A stretch of 64,000 nt of DNA from an uncultured Verrucomicrobiales bacterium. Its GTDB lineage: Bacteria > Verrucomicrobiota > Verrucomicrobiia > Verrucomicrobiales > CAZUPP01. Positions 37,240-46,788 of this stretch are shown here, one piece after another; positions within the stretch are counted from its first letter, which is position 1, and each line of letters begins with the position of its first letter. The position numbers were made by a program, and so were the translations under genes. The stretch spans positions 63,932-127,931 of the forward strand of contig CAZUPP010000009.1 in assembly GCA_964622095.1 (NCBI GenBank), given 5' to 3'. The notes beneath the pieces were generated by a model. It made no database searches. It was given only the letters and a program-made list of their open reading frames with translations, and was not told where the DNA came from.

Positions 37240-40200
37240 CAGGCGCGCCGGCCACAGCAGGTCTTGAACTTCTTACCGCTGCCACACGGGCACGGATCAT
37301 TCCGGCCCACCTTGGCTTTCATCCGGGTCGCGGTGGCCGTAGCCGTTCCACCGGCACCACTTCCTCCGCCGCCAAGGCCGAGGTCGATGTCATCCAATCC
37401 TCTACCTCCTCCGGAATCGCGACTGGCCGCAGCCCCCGCCGAAGTCGTGCGACGACTCCGCGGACCTGGTTTGCGGGTTCCCGCTGTTTTCGCGCCCTGT
37501 CGAGTGGGCTCATCCTTTGGACCCTGAGGCCGGCCCCCACCCATCATGATCCTCTCAATGGCCTGGAGATTCTCCGCACTCTTGAAGAGATTGCTGAGCA
37601 CCTCATTCTCGATGCTGCCCATGAGCTGCTCGAACATGGTGAAAGCTTCTTTCTTATACTCAACAAGTGGATCCTTCTGGGCGTGATACCAGTTGCGAAT
37701 CCCGTCCTGGAGAGCGTCCATGGAGTAGAGGTGCTCCTGCCAGAGCCGGTCGATGGCGCTGAGCATAATCATCCGCTCAATATGCTGAACCGTGCTGCCT
37801 TCGATGATCTTAATGCGCTCTTCGTAGGCCTGCTTGATTTCGTTCAGAAGCCACTGGGCATTCTCTTCTGTGCTGCGGCTTTCCAGATCAGCCGAACTGG
37901 CGGTGATGCCGAGCGGGAAGGTCTGCTGAACCCAATGAAGGAGGCCCTCATAGTCTGGCTCGGCATCTTCCACCTGCACGTCGAGGAAGCCGGCCACGCG
38001 CTCAGGGATTTGCCGGTCCAGGACCTCATAGACCAGATCACGCGTGTTGTCTGACTGAAGCACCTCATTGCGGTAATCATAGATGACTTCGCGCTGCTGG
38101 TTCATGACATCGTCATAATCCAGGGTGTGTTTGCGGCGCATGTAGTGGGCCTGTTCAACGCGTTTCTGCGCGGTCTCAACGCTCTTGTTCAGCCAGGGGT
38201 GCTCGATCTCTTCACCCTCTTTCATGCCGAATCGTTCCATGATTTTGATCATGCGTTCGCTCTGGCCGAAGTTGCGCATGAGATCATCTTCAAAGCTGAC
38301 GTAGAACCGTGAGTAACCGGGGTCTCCCTGCCGCGCGCACCGGCCGCGCAACTGCCGGTCGATCCGGCGTGATTCATGTCGCTCCGTGCCGATGACATAC
38401 AGCCCGCCTTTTTCCGGAACGCCTTCGCCGAGTTTGATATCCGTCCCACGGCCAGCCATGTTTGTGGAGATGGTCACTTGCCCGGGTTGACCGGCGCGCT
38501 GGACAATCTCCGCTTCCTGCCGGTGATACTTCGCGTTGAGCACGGCGTGAGTGACTTTTTCGCGCTTGAGCATGCGGCTGACCAGCTCTGAGGCTTCGAC
38601 GCTGGCTGTCCCTACAAGCACAGGCTGACCGCGTTGGTGCGCGTCTTTGATCTCCTTTACAACCGCGTTGTATTTTTCACGGCGAGTCTTGAAGATCAGA
38701 TCATTCTTATCCTGGCGCTGGTTGGGACGGTTTGTGGGAATAACCAGCACCGGCAGATCATAGATATCCTTAAATTCGTTTGCCTCGGTCTCCGCCGTCC
38801 CGGTCATCCCGGCGAGTTTAAAGTATTGGCGGAAATAATTCTGGATGGTGATGGTGGCAAGAGTCTGGGACTCCTTGTCGATCTTTACCCCTTCTTTGGC
38901 TTCGACGGCCTGATGCAGACCGTCACTCCAGCGGCGACCCGGCATTTTGCGCCCAGTATTCTCATCAACGATGACGACCTTACCGTCCTCCACGACATAG
39001 TGGACGTCCTCCTCATACATGCAGTAGGCGCGAAGCAGTTGGGAGATGTGATGCATGCGCTGGCTCTGCTGATCCACCCGATTGCTCAGCTCCTGCTTTT
39101 TCCTGACCTTGTCCTGATCGCTCAGCCCCGGCTGGGCATCGATATCAGCGAGGCCACCCGCCAGATCGGGCAAGGTGAAGGCATCGGGATCGTCCGGGTT
39201 AAGAAAACTGCGTCCCTTCTCTGAAAGATCAGCATCCCGGCTGCGCTCATCGATCGTGAAGTAAAGCTCTTCCTTGAGCTCAAAGAGTTTTTCTTTCTGG
39301 CCTTCCTGGTAGTAAGAAAGTTCTGCGCGGTCCAGCATGCGGCGCATGGCAGGATCCTCCATGAGACGCATGAGACCTTTGTTGCGCGGCATGCCAAGCT
39401 TCACCTTGAAAAGCTTAAGCGCCGCTTCCCACTTGAGGTCTTCGTTGTTTGCTTCCTCTGCCTTTTTCAACTCGTCTTTGGCTTCATTGACGAGCGCATT
39501 GCACAGGAGAGTCTGCTTCTTCACCAGCTGATCAACCAGCGGCTTGAACTGGTCAAACTGCTGATTATCAACGGTGACAGGGCCGCTGATGATGAGCGGT
39601 GTGCGAGCTTCATCAATCAGGACGGAGTCAACCTCGTCGACAATGGCAAAGAAATGGCCGCGTTGGACCTGGTGATTCTTGCTCTGCGCCATTCCGTTGT
39701 CCCGCAGGTAATCAAAGCCAAACTCACTGGCGGTGCCGTAGGTGATATCCTTGGCATACATCTCCTTCCGGGTGGGCGGGCGCTGATCATTCTGGATACA
39801 GCCGACGGTGAGCCCGAGGAACTCATAGATCTTACCCATCCACTCAGAGTCCCGGCGGGCGAGGTAATCATTGACGGTGACGACGTGGACGCCGCGCCCG
39901 CTGAGGGCGTTGAGGAAAACCGGCAGGGTCGCGACCAGGGTTTTGCCCTCACCGGTGGCCATCTCGGCGATCATGCCGCGGTGCAGCGCGATGCCGCCGA
40001 TGAGCTGCACATCAAAGTGGACCATGTTCCAGGGCGTAGGCTGGTCACAAACGGTGAAGGTCTGTCCGCAGAGCCGCCGGGCTGTGTTCTTTACGACAGC
40101 AAAGGCCTCGGGTAGGATGCCGTCCAGCTGGGCGTTCAGCACATTGTCGTCTTCGATCTGACTGAACTGCTCCTTCCATTTTGCGACCTGCTCACGCAAC

Positions 40201-40325
40201 CTGTCGTCAGACCATCCTTTGTATTCTTCGTCAAAGGCATTGATCTGCTCGACCAGCGGCCGGAGCTTTTTGATTTGACGCTCATTCTGGGAGCCGAGGA
40301 TTTTTTTGAGAATCCAGCCGATCAT
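37239..40325 (-). CDS. secA: preprotein translocase ATPase SecA
   Basis: 1028 aa with the full SecA signature (MATGEGKTLVATLP, DEVDSVLIDEARTPLIISG). The C-terminal zinc motif is DPCPCGSGKKFKTCCG, preceded by a Gly/Arg/Ala-rich linker. Confidence 0.97.
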   Translation of the reverse strand: MIGWILKKILGSQNERQIKKLRPLVEQINAFDEEYKGWSDDRLREQVAKWKEQFSQIEDDNVLNAQLDGILPEAFAVVKNTARRLCGQTFTVCDQPTPWNMVHFDVQLIGGIALHRGMIAEMATGEGKTLVATLPVFLNALSGRGVHVVTVNDYLARRDSEWMGKIYEFLGLTVGCIQNDQRPPTRKEMYAKDITYGTASEFGFDYLRDNGMAQSKNHQVQRGHFFAIVDEVDSVLIDEARTPLIISGPVTVDNQQFDQFKPLVDQLVKKQTLLCNALVNEAKDELKKAEEANNEDLKWEAALKLFKVKLGMPRNKGLMRLMEDPAMRRMLDRAELSYYQEGQKEKLFELKEELYFTIDERSRDADLSEKGRSFLNPDDPDAFTLPDLAGGLADIDAQPGLSDQDKVRKKQELSNRVDQQSQRMHHISQLLRAYCMYEEDVHYVVEDGKVVIVDENTGRKMPGRRWSDGLHQAVEAKEGVKIDKESQTLATITIQNYFRQYFKLAGMTGTAETEANEFKDIYDLPVLVIPTNRPNQRQDKNDLIFKTRREKYNAVVKEIKDAHQRGQPVLVGTASVEASELVSRMLKREKVTHAVLNAKYHRQEAEIVQRAGQPGQVTISTNMAGRGTDIKLGEGVPEKGGLYVIGTERHESRRIDRQLRGRCARQGDPGYSRFYVSFEDDLMRNFGQSERMIKIMERFGMKEGEEIEHPWLNKSVETAQKRVEQAHYMRRKHTLDYDDVMNQQREVIYDYRNEVLQSDNTRDLVYEVLDRQIPERVAGFLDVQVEDAEPDYEGLLHWVQQTFPLGITASSADLESRSTEENAQWLLNEIKQAYEERIKIIEGSTVQHIERMIMLSAIDRLWQEHLYSMDALQDGIRNWYHAQKDPLVEYKKEAFTMFEQLMGSIENEVLSNLFKSAENLQAIERIMMGGGRPQGPKDEPTRQGAKTAGTRKPGPRSRRTTSAGAAASRDSGGGRGLDDIDLGLGGGGSGAGGTATATATRMKAKVGRNDPCPCGSGKKFKTCCGRRA

Positions 40326-40601
40326 CGTTCGAGGCAGTCAGTTAGACGTTTGATTGGTGTGGAGTGAACCGGGCGACCGGCCGAAATAAGCCGACTTTTC
40401 AGACAATCGAAATCAGTCCCTGCTGAAAAAACCGCCCGGCATCGTATCGACTCCGGGGCAAAGCGTAACAACCCATGATCAGCCTCATTGTCAAGGTAGG
40501 GTGACCGCATGGCGGGACAGAAGGTAGGGCCTGCGGAAAAGCGAAGGGCTGGGCCAAACGTGTCTTAGGCGACAGTCTGGACCAGCCCTCCGGCAAAGCC
40601 T

Positions 40602-40623
40602 GTCAGGGCCATCAAGCCCTGAC
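40602..40623 (-). terminator. hairpin after the glycine-zipper lipoprotein gene (weak terminator candidate)
   Basis: 8-bp stem gtcagggc / gccctgac with a 6-nt loop, 9 nt after the stop codon. Only a short TTTG follows on the minus strand. Confidence 0.3.
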
Positions 40624-40631
40624 TGAATCAA

Positions 40632-40934
40632 TCAATACGGCGGGGGTGCGGACGTGCCGTAGTAATATTGCTGATCACGCTTCAGCTTACGGTCATCTGA
40701 AGCGCTACCCAGCAGACCGCCCGCGACGGCGCCGGTGGCTCCGCCGATGAGGGCGCCACGACCAGCATTGCCAGACTGGGAGCCGATGAGGGCGCCAACA
40801 CCGGCGCCACTGAGGCCGCCGACAGCTGCGCCGGTTTTAGCGCCTGAGTTGTATCCTGGCGGATTACAGCCCGCCAGCAGGAAAGCCAGCCCCAAAAGGC
40901 CAGCCAGACTTAGGGTTTTGATTTTTTTGCTCAT
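40632..40934 (-). CDS. glycine-zipper lipoprotein (17-kDa-antigen / YMGG-like)
   Basis: MSKKIKTLSLAGLLGLAFLLAGC carries a lipobox. It is followed by GAAVGGLSGAGVGALIGSQSGNAGRGALIGGATGAVAGGLLGS. Confidence 0.75.
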   Translation of the reverse strand: MSKKIKTLSLAGLLGLAFLLAGCNPPGYNSGAKTGAAVGGLSGAGVGALIGSQSGNAGRGALIGGATGAVAGGLLGSASDDRKLKRDQQYYYGTSAPPPY

Positions 40935-41267
40935 GTATCAGTTACGACGAGGAATTCCTCGGGGTCATTCAAGATTTTTGAACGTTCATTCAGCCCGGTT
41001 CCGGGCCAGGCCGTATGGCCGGTGATAAAGAGTGCGAAAAGCCCGCCACGGGCAATCTTTTAGTGGAGTAACTTATCACGGTGTCCTTCGCTGCTGCTGC
41101 TCAGGCACCGAAGGTTTCTTCGTCCAACAACCTTTCCCTGGTGGCGTTCTTTTTCCGTTGAGGACGGCTATTGGGACGTAAGAAGATGAAGGAGAACAGG
41201 TAGACGTGCTCCTCCAAATTTTCCTCTCGACGGCAAGCCGTTTCGACCGCCAAATGGAGGACCGGTT

Positions 41268-42599
41268 ATGTCCAGCGAAACGACTTCGACGCCCTCACCT
41301 GCTCCTTCATCCCCTCATGCAGAAGGGCCGCTGAGACCGGATTTAACTTTGACCGCAGCCTCCGCGCCGGGTCGATCGACAACGGCAACGCCGTTGATCA
41401 CCCTTGAGGCACTGCCCGGCTTGGTGCGGAGAGAGATGGATGGCAAGGCTGCTTCTGGCAGAACAGAAGGCGGGCTTCACAGCAGCCTGGTGCGGGTAGA
41501 GTGCGAAGACCTGAGGACTCAGCTTAATGCAGTCTTGCGGCTTCAGTCCGAGCTGCGGGCGGAGGGCGTGGAGTATCTTTCCCACTCGGCGAGTTTTGCG
41601 CTCGAACCGAAGACCCAGGGTAAGGGAGCGATTCCCGCAATCTGCCAATTTCTGGACCGGGTTGATGAAAGTGAGGCAGAAGTGGTTCTGGTGCAGATCA
41701 CGGGCGGTGGTGGTGCGGAAGAGCCCAGGGGAACCGGTCCGCACCCAGTGCGGCCGCCTGTCCTGCCGGCCGATGCGGTGGAGGCATTTGGTTATTTTCA
41801 GTATGAGTTTGAGCAGCGCTACGCGCGGGCGGGGCGGCATTTTCTATTATGGCTGTCTCCGGCGGTGGCAATAGGCATTGCCCAGCAGGTGCCGGAGCTG
41901 GAGGCACGGTTCACCCAACGGTTGCGCCTGGCAAAGCAATCCACCTTGACCGGGCGGGGCACGAGGCCATCGCAAACACCCGCGGCCGAAAGCACGCGAC
42001 AGGCTGAAACGGCACGACGGGTAGCAAGTTTCCTTTACCGTAACGGATTTAATCTGGCACTGGCTCAGCAGGATTGCGCGCAGCAGATTATGGTAGACCT
42101 TATCGCGGCCGGGGTGAAGACGCTGCTTGATGCAGGGCTGGTGAGTGACGCGCGGAATTTCTGTAACTCCTGCCTGACGGCGCTGTCCCTGCGGGAAAGT
42201 GCGCGGGCACATAAGCGCGACTTACCCTTGGACGGAGATCTGCACGACGCTAATGATCAGGCACCCTTCCGCGAGCGCACCGAGCAGGCGCTGGCACCGG
42301 AGCATTGGCTGGACTTCACGCCTGTGGAGCTGGACACCAGCGACCCCGCCTCGCCCGCTCCGGAGGCGGACCAGAAGACAACCATAGAACAGGCCAATGT
42401 CCTGACGGTGAGAGCGCACCGCGCTCAGATGGAGCGTGAATATGATGCGGCGGAGAAGCTGCTGGTCCAGGCTTTCTGCCTCTGCGCAAGCCATCTGGGC
42501 TGGGGCCATCCGCAAACAATTTTGGGCCTGCGCGATCTGGGTCTGCTTTCAGAATATCGGGCAGAGGATACCTACCGGCCTGAGCTGGAGACACTGTAA
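41268..42599 (+). CDS. hypothetical protein (443 aa)
   Basis: ATG start and longest ORF. No catalytic motif recognised. The C-terminal roughly 60 aa look TPR-like (YDAAEKLLVQAFCLCASHLGWGHPQTILGLRDLGLL). Confidence 0.55.
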   Translation: MSSETTSTPSPAPSSPHAEGPLRPDLTLTAASAPGRSTTATPLITLEALPGLVRREMDGKAASGRTEGGLHSSLVRVECEDLRTQLNAVLRLQSELRAEGVEYLSHSASFALEPKTQGKGAIPAICQFLDRVDESEAEVVLVQITGGGGAEEPRGTGPHPVRPPVLPADAVEAFGYFQYEFEQRYARAGRHFLLWLSPAVAIGIAQQVPELEARFTQRLRLAKQSTLTGRGTRPSQTPAAESTRQAETARRVASFLYRNGFNLALAQQDCAQQIMVDLIAAGVKTLLDAGLVSDARNFCNSCLTALSLRESARAHKRDLPLDGDLHDANDQAPFRERTEQALAPEHWLDFTPVELDTSDPASPAPEADQKTTIEQANVLTVRAHRAQMEREYDAAEKLLVQAFCLCASHLGWGHPQTILGLRDLGLLSEYRAEDTYRPELETL

Positions 42600-42701
42600 T
42601 TCATAAAAAGCAGGGGTGATCCATGCCCGCCCGGACGGGTCCGAACAAAGACCAGAGGCTGAGGGCTTGCCGGGGTGCAACCGTTCGCTACCGTGACCAA
42701 A

Positions 42702-44216
42702 ATGACGAGACCGCAAATCGCCCCACCGCGCCCGGATCGAAAGGGGCCAAATGTTTTGTGGATCTGCACGGATTCGCAGCGGTGGGACACCCTGGGCGCC
42801 TACGGAAATCCCTGGGTGCACACACCGAACTTGGATCGTCTGGCCAGCGAGGGGATGCTCTTTGAGCATTGCTATTCGCAAAATCCGCTCTGTCAGCCCA
42901 GCCGCGGGTCATTTCTGACCGGCCGTTATCCCTCCGTGACGAGGCTTCGCCAGAACGGGCAGAACATTCCTGCAGGCGAAAGACTGGTAACCCGGGTCCT
43001 GGCGGATGAAGGCTATATTTGCGGTCTTTCTGGAAAACTGCATTTGCACGCCTGTAACCGCCGCAATCTGCTGGGCGAAGAATGGTGGAAAAGCGGCAGG
43101 GAAGAAGAGGTCATCCAGGGTCAGGAACCGCGAATCGATGACGGTTATGTCGAATTTCATTGGGACCATGCGCCAAGCGCGAATTTTCCATCGAGCGATT
43201 ATTGTCAATGGGTGCGAGACCAAGGTGCGGAAATCAGAAACCCGCCGAGAAGCGATTCCGCAGACGTTTTGCAGGGCATGCCAGAAGAGCTGCACCAGAC
43301 AACCTGGTGTGTGGAACGGGCGATCCGCTTCATCGAAAACTATTCAAAACGCAACGCTCCCTGGCTGTTCAGCGTCAATATTTTCGACCCACATTATGTC
43401 ATGAATCCGCCAGAGAAATATCTGGCGCGGTATCTTGAGAAGCTCGACCAAATCCCGTTGCCAAATTACGTGCCGGGTGAATTAAATAATAAACCGGAGC
43501 ATCAGCGCAAGAAACACGCAAACAGTATATACGGAGGCTACCGGGAGAGTGATCTGGGAGATCCGCATGAGCATCGGATGAATCGCGCGGCTTACTGGGC
43601 GATGTGTGACCTGATCGATGCGCAGACCGGCCGCCTTCTCGATTGCCTGGAAAAGACCGGTCAGCGCGAAAATACCCTGGTAATCTTTACTTCTGACCAT
43701 GGCGAAATGCTCGGCGATAACGGGCTTTATCTGAAGGGCGCGTATCTCTATGATCCAGCGATCCGCGTCCCACTGATCGTGTCCATGCCAGGAAAAATAG
43801 CAGCCGGTGTCCGTCGCAAGGCGCTGGTGGAATTGTCCAGCCTTGCCCCGACCCTTTTGGATGCCTGTGATCTTCCACGTCATCCGGGCATGCAAACAAA
43901 ATCCCTCTGGCCACTTTTGACAGACCCAAATCATCCCGACCAGCTGGAGAGCGAGGTCTTTTGCGAATTCCGCAATTCCAATCCCGGGCCGACACCTTTT
44001 CTCAGTATGATTCGAGATCACGAATACAAAATCATCGCGTGGCACGGCCATGAAACAGGTGAACTGTATAACATCAATCAGGATCCCGGTGAACACCGCA
44101 ACCTGTGGCATGATCCCACCTCACAAGAGGTGAAGCTCACCATGCTCCAGCGTCTGGCGGACCGGATGGCCTTTGCCTCAACCGATCCGTTGCCGGAAAG
44201 AATTGGTATTTACTAA
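42702..44216 (+). CDS. sulfatase (Cys-type formylglycine), no obvious signal peptide
   Basis: PNVLWICTDSQRWDTLG and CQPSRGSFLTGRYP (CxPxR). ATG 42702 is preferred over the GTG at 42675. Confidence 0.9.
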   Translation: MTRPQIAPPRPDRKGPNVLWICTDSQRWDTLGAYGNPWVHTPNLDRLASEGMLFEHCYSQNPLCQPSRGSFLTGRYPSVTRLRQNGQNIPAGERLVTRVLADEGYICGLSGKLHLHACNRRNLLGEEWWKSGREEEVIQGQEPRIDDGYVEFHWDHAPSANFPSSDYCQWVRDQGAEIRNPPRSDSADVLQGMPEELHQTTWCVERAIRFIENYSKRNAPWLFSVNIFDPHYVMNPPEKYLARYLEKLDQIPLPNYVPGELNNKPEHQRKKHANSIYGGYRESDLGDPHEHRMNRAAYWAMCDLIDAQTGRLLDCLEKTGQRENTLVIFTSDHGEMLGDNGLYLKGAYLYDPAIRVPLIVSMPGKIAAGVRRKALVELSSLAPTLLDACDLPRHPGMQTKSLWPLLTDPNHPDQLESEVFCEFRNSNPGPTPFLSMIRDHEYKIIAWHGHETGELYNINQDPGEHRNLWHDPTSQEVKLTMLQRLADRMAFASTDPLPERIGIY

Positions 44217-44246
44217 GCTTTTCTTTCTGATAAGCCCTCTCCCCAG

Positions 44247-46073
44247 ATGGCAACAGAATCAATCCCCCGCCCCGAGTATCCCCGTCCCCAGTGGCAGCGC
44301 CAGGAATGGCTGAATCTCAATGGAACCTGGGAGTTTGCGCGAGATCCCGCGGACTCCGGAGAAGAACACGGCCTGCATCAACAGCCGCTGCCGGAAAGAA
44401 TCGTCGTCCCGTTCTGTCCGGAATCTGAGCTTTCCGGCATCGGGAATACTGAGCGTTGCCTTGCGGTGTTTTACTCACGCTTCCTGGAAATTCCGGCCTC
44501 CTGGAGAGATCATCGCATCCTGTTGCACTTCGGCGCGGCAGATTACGAGACCACCGTTTGGATCAACGGAGATCAGGTGGCACTCCAGCCTCATCGCGGA
44601 GGTCACGTTTCTTTTTCCCTTGACCTGACCGGAAAGGTGAAGGCCGGGGAAACGTGCCGCCTCACCGTCCGTTGCCGGGATGATTGGTGGAATCAGTATC
44701 CCCGAGGGAAACAGATGACCACGGTGGAACGTCACGGTTGTCATTATGACCGGACCACCGGAATCTGGCAGACGGTCTGGCTGGAGCCTCTGCCGAAAAA
44801 ATCCCTGGGCCGTCCGAAAATCACGCCACGCGTCGATGATAGTACTTTCATCATTGAAGCCCCGGTCGATGGCTCCGGTTGGAAAGATCACGCGGTGCAT
44901 GTCACCCTTCGCGACGCGGGTGGCAGATTGCTGCTGGAAGAGAAGTCTCTCTGCAGGACAGAAAACCGGGCCCATTTACACCTGAAAGTGCCGGAGAGCG
45001 AAGTGCGTCTATGGGAACCCGGTGCGCCATACCTTTACCTCCTGGAATTTCAGCTGCGTGACGCGGAAGGAAATGTGCTGGATAAGGCAGCGAGTTACGC
45101 TGGCCTGCGCTCAGTGAGTATCGAGGGGAATTCAATTCTGATAAACGGCAGGCGGGTATTTCAACGTTTGGTTCTGGATCAGGGCTATTATCCAGACGGC
45201 ATGCTGACCGCACCAAGCGACGACGCGCTTCTCCAGGACATTAAACTAAGCATGGAAGCCGGTTTCAATGGCGCGCGCCTGCATCAGAAAATATTCGAAG
45301 AACGCTTTCTTTTTCATGCCGACGCCATGGGATATCTGGTCTGGAGTGAGTTTGCGGACTGGAGCAATGATACGGTCGATGCGATGGACCGGCCGGATCG
45401 TTGGAACATCACGTGGGTCCGTGAATGGATGGAATGTCTTGCCCGGGACTATAACCATCCGTGTGTTATCGGATGGTGTCCCATGAATGAGCAGATGCCA
45501 CGCCGGCATACTCAGTTCCCCCAACTGGAGAATGTCATGCACTGCATGTATGAGGCGACCAAGCTCTATGATCCCTACCGGCCGATCGTGGACGTTTCCG
45601 GTTGGCCGCACCGTGTGAAACATACGGATGTCTATGATACGCATGATTATGAGCAGGACGTCACGAAATTTAAGGAAAAATATGATGTCATCGCTCAGAC
45701 CGGCTCGATTGATATCAATTGGAATAAAGACAAGCCGGATCATCTGCCTTATGAAGGGCAGCCATTTTTCGTCAGTGAATTCGGCGGAGCACGCTGGGTC
45801 AAAGAGGAGGAAGAGCAGGACGCCGCCCGGAAAAAGAGCTGGGGCTATGGAAAAGGACCGGATAGCCTGGAGGATTTTTATGCACGTTTCCAAGGACTAT
45901 GCGAAGCCCTCCTTCATAATCCCGCCATGTTCGGGTATTGTTACACCCAGCTAACCGACGTTTTTCAGGAAAAGAATGGGATCTATACGTTTGCACGTGA
46001 AAGAAAGTTTGATCTCGCTAAACTAAAGGAAATCCAGACGCAAAAAGCGGCTTATGAGAAACGCGACGATTAA
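44247..46073 (+). CDS. glycoside hydrolase family 2
   Basis: LNGTWEF, HFGAADYETTVWINGDQV...HRGGHVSFSLDLT (sugar-binding domain), FNGARLHQK and NHPCVIGWCPMNE (TIM barrel, acid/base NE). No signal peptide. Confidence 0.85.
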   Translation: MATESIPRPEYPRPQWQRQEWLNLNGTWEFARDPADSGEEHGLHQQPLPERIVVPFCPESELSGIGNTERCLAVFYSRFLEIPASWRDHRILLHFGAADYETTVWINGDQVALQPHRGGHVSFSLDLTGKVKAGETCRLTVRCRDDWWNQYPRGKQMTTVERHGCHYDRTTGIWQTVWLEPLPKKSLGRPKITPRVDDSTFIIEAPVDGSGWKDHAVHVTLRDAGGRLLLEEKSLCRTENRAHLHLKVPESEVRLWEPGAPYLYLLEFQLRDAEGNVLDKAASYAGLRSVSIEGNSILINGRRVFQRLVLDQGYYPDGMLTAPSDDALLQDIKLSMEAGFNGARLHQKIFEERFLFHADAMGYLVWSEFADWSNDTVDAMDRPDRWNITWVREWMECLARDYNHPCVIGWCPMNEQMPRRHTQFPQLENVMHCMYEATKLYDPYRPIVDVSGWPHRVKHTDVYDTHDYEQDVTKFKEKYDVIAQTGSIDINWNKDKPDHLPYEGQPFFVSEFGGARWVKEEEEQDAARKKSWGYGKGPDSLEDFYARFQGLCEALLHNPAMFGYCYTQLTDVFQEKNGIYTFARERKFDLAKLKEIQTQKAAYEKRDD

Positions 46074-46788
46074 CACACAGATCGCGCAGCTTCTTCTTGT
46101 GATCCTTTTGACTTTGCTGGGTGCCGTTCACCGAGCGTGTGCCGGTCGCTTTAATGAACCCGGTCATGGTGACGCATTTATCTTCGAGCCGCACGATCCC
46201 GACTATCAGAATATCCTGAATCGGATCTTGGCACGAGCGGAAAGCCTGCCGAAATGCCGCCGTGCGATTGTCGGTCGCGCTGTGGAAGAATTACGCGCCC
46301 CAATCCGTGGGTCCGAGGCGAAAGACCGTTATGGAGCGGCCTGGTATGCGTGGTGGTGTTCAGAGTTTTGCAGCTATGTCTTGGCGGAATCGAACATGGC
46401 AGAGCTGGATCGCGAGACTCATTCCAATTCTGAACAACGGGCGGCGCTGGACAAGGCCGCGTCCACCGGCGGCTTTGTGCGCTACTTTAGTGAACATGGC
46501 CGCGGTTACGCTCTGCACGGACCTCAGGCTGCGGAAAACAAGGCAAGAGTGACGGCGGGAGACTATCTTGCGGTAAAAATGCGCCATGCCAGTGGGCTGG
46601 GCCACTCGCTGATTGTCATTTATGTTGACCCGCAACACCGCTACATTCTCTGCGCTGAAGGCAACAGCGGGCTGAATAACCGGGTGGCTTTGGTGCAGCG
46701 CCGTTTATTGGATCAGGATGGCACCCTGAATGACGACTTCTATTTTCTGGGGCAACCGCGCCTCAAACTCGCGGCCGCGCCTCAATAA
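46054..46788 (+). CDS. secreted CHAP/NlpC-P60-like cysteine amidase/peptidase candidate
   Basis: Signal peptide IAQLLLVILLTLLGAVHRACAG. AWYAWWCSEFCSYVL is a candidate nucleophile Cys. It is followed by GDYLAV...GLGHSLIVIYVD...ILCAEGNSG, the papain-like amidase order. The gene overlaps the GH2 3' end by 20 nt. Confidence 0.5.
   Translation: MRNATINTQIAQLLLVILLTLLGAVHRACAGRFNEPGHGDAFIFEPHDPDYQNILNRILARAESLPKCRRAIVGRAVEELRAPIRGSEAKDRYGAAWYAWWCSEFCSYVLAESNMAELDRETHSNSEQRAALDKAASTGGFVRYFSEHGRGYALHGPQAAENKARVTAGDYLAVKMRHASGLGHSLIVIYVDPQHRYILCAEGNSGLNNRVALVQRRLLDQDGTLNDDFYFLGQPRLKLAAAPQ

Noticed and set aside
40947-40960. A perfect 14-bp palindrome CGAGGAATTCCTCG, 13 nt upstream of the glycine-zipper lipoprotein start.
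   Set aside because: It is a single short copy that as RNA could form only a 5-bp stem with a 4-nt loop. There is no second copy and no nearby regulator. It is not strong enough to call an operator.
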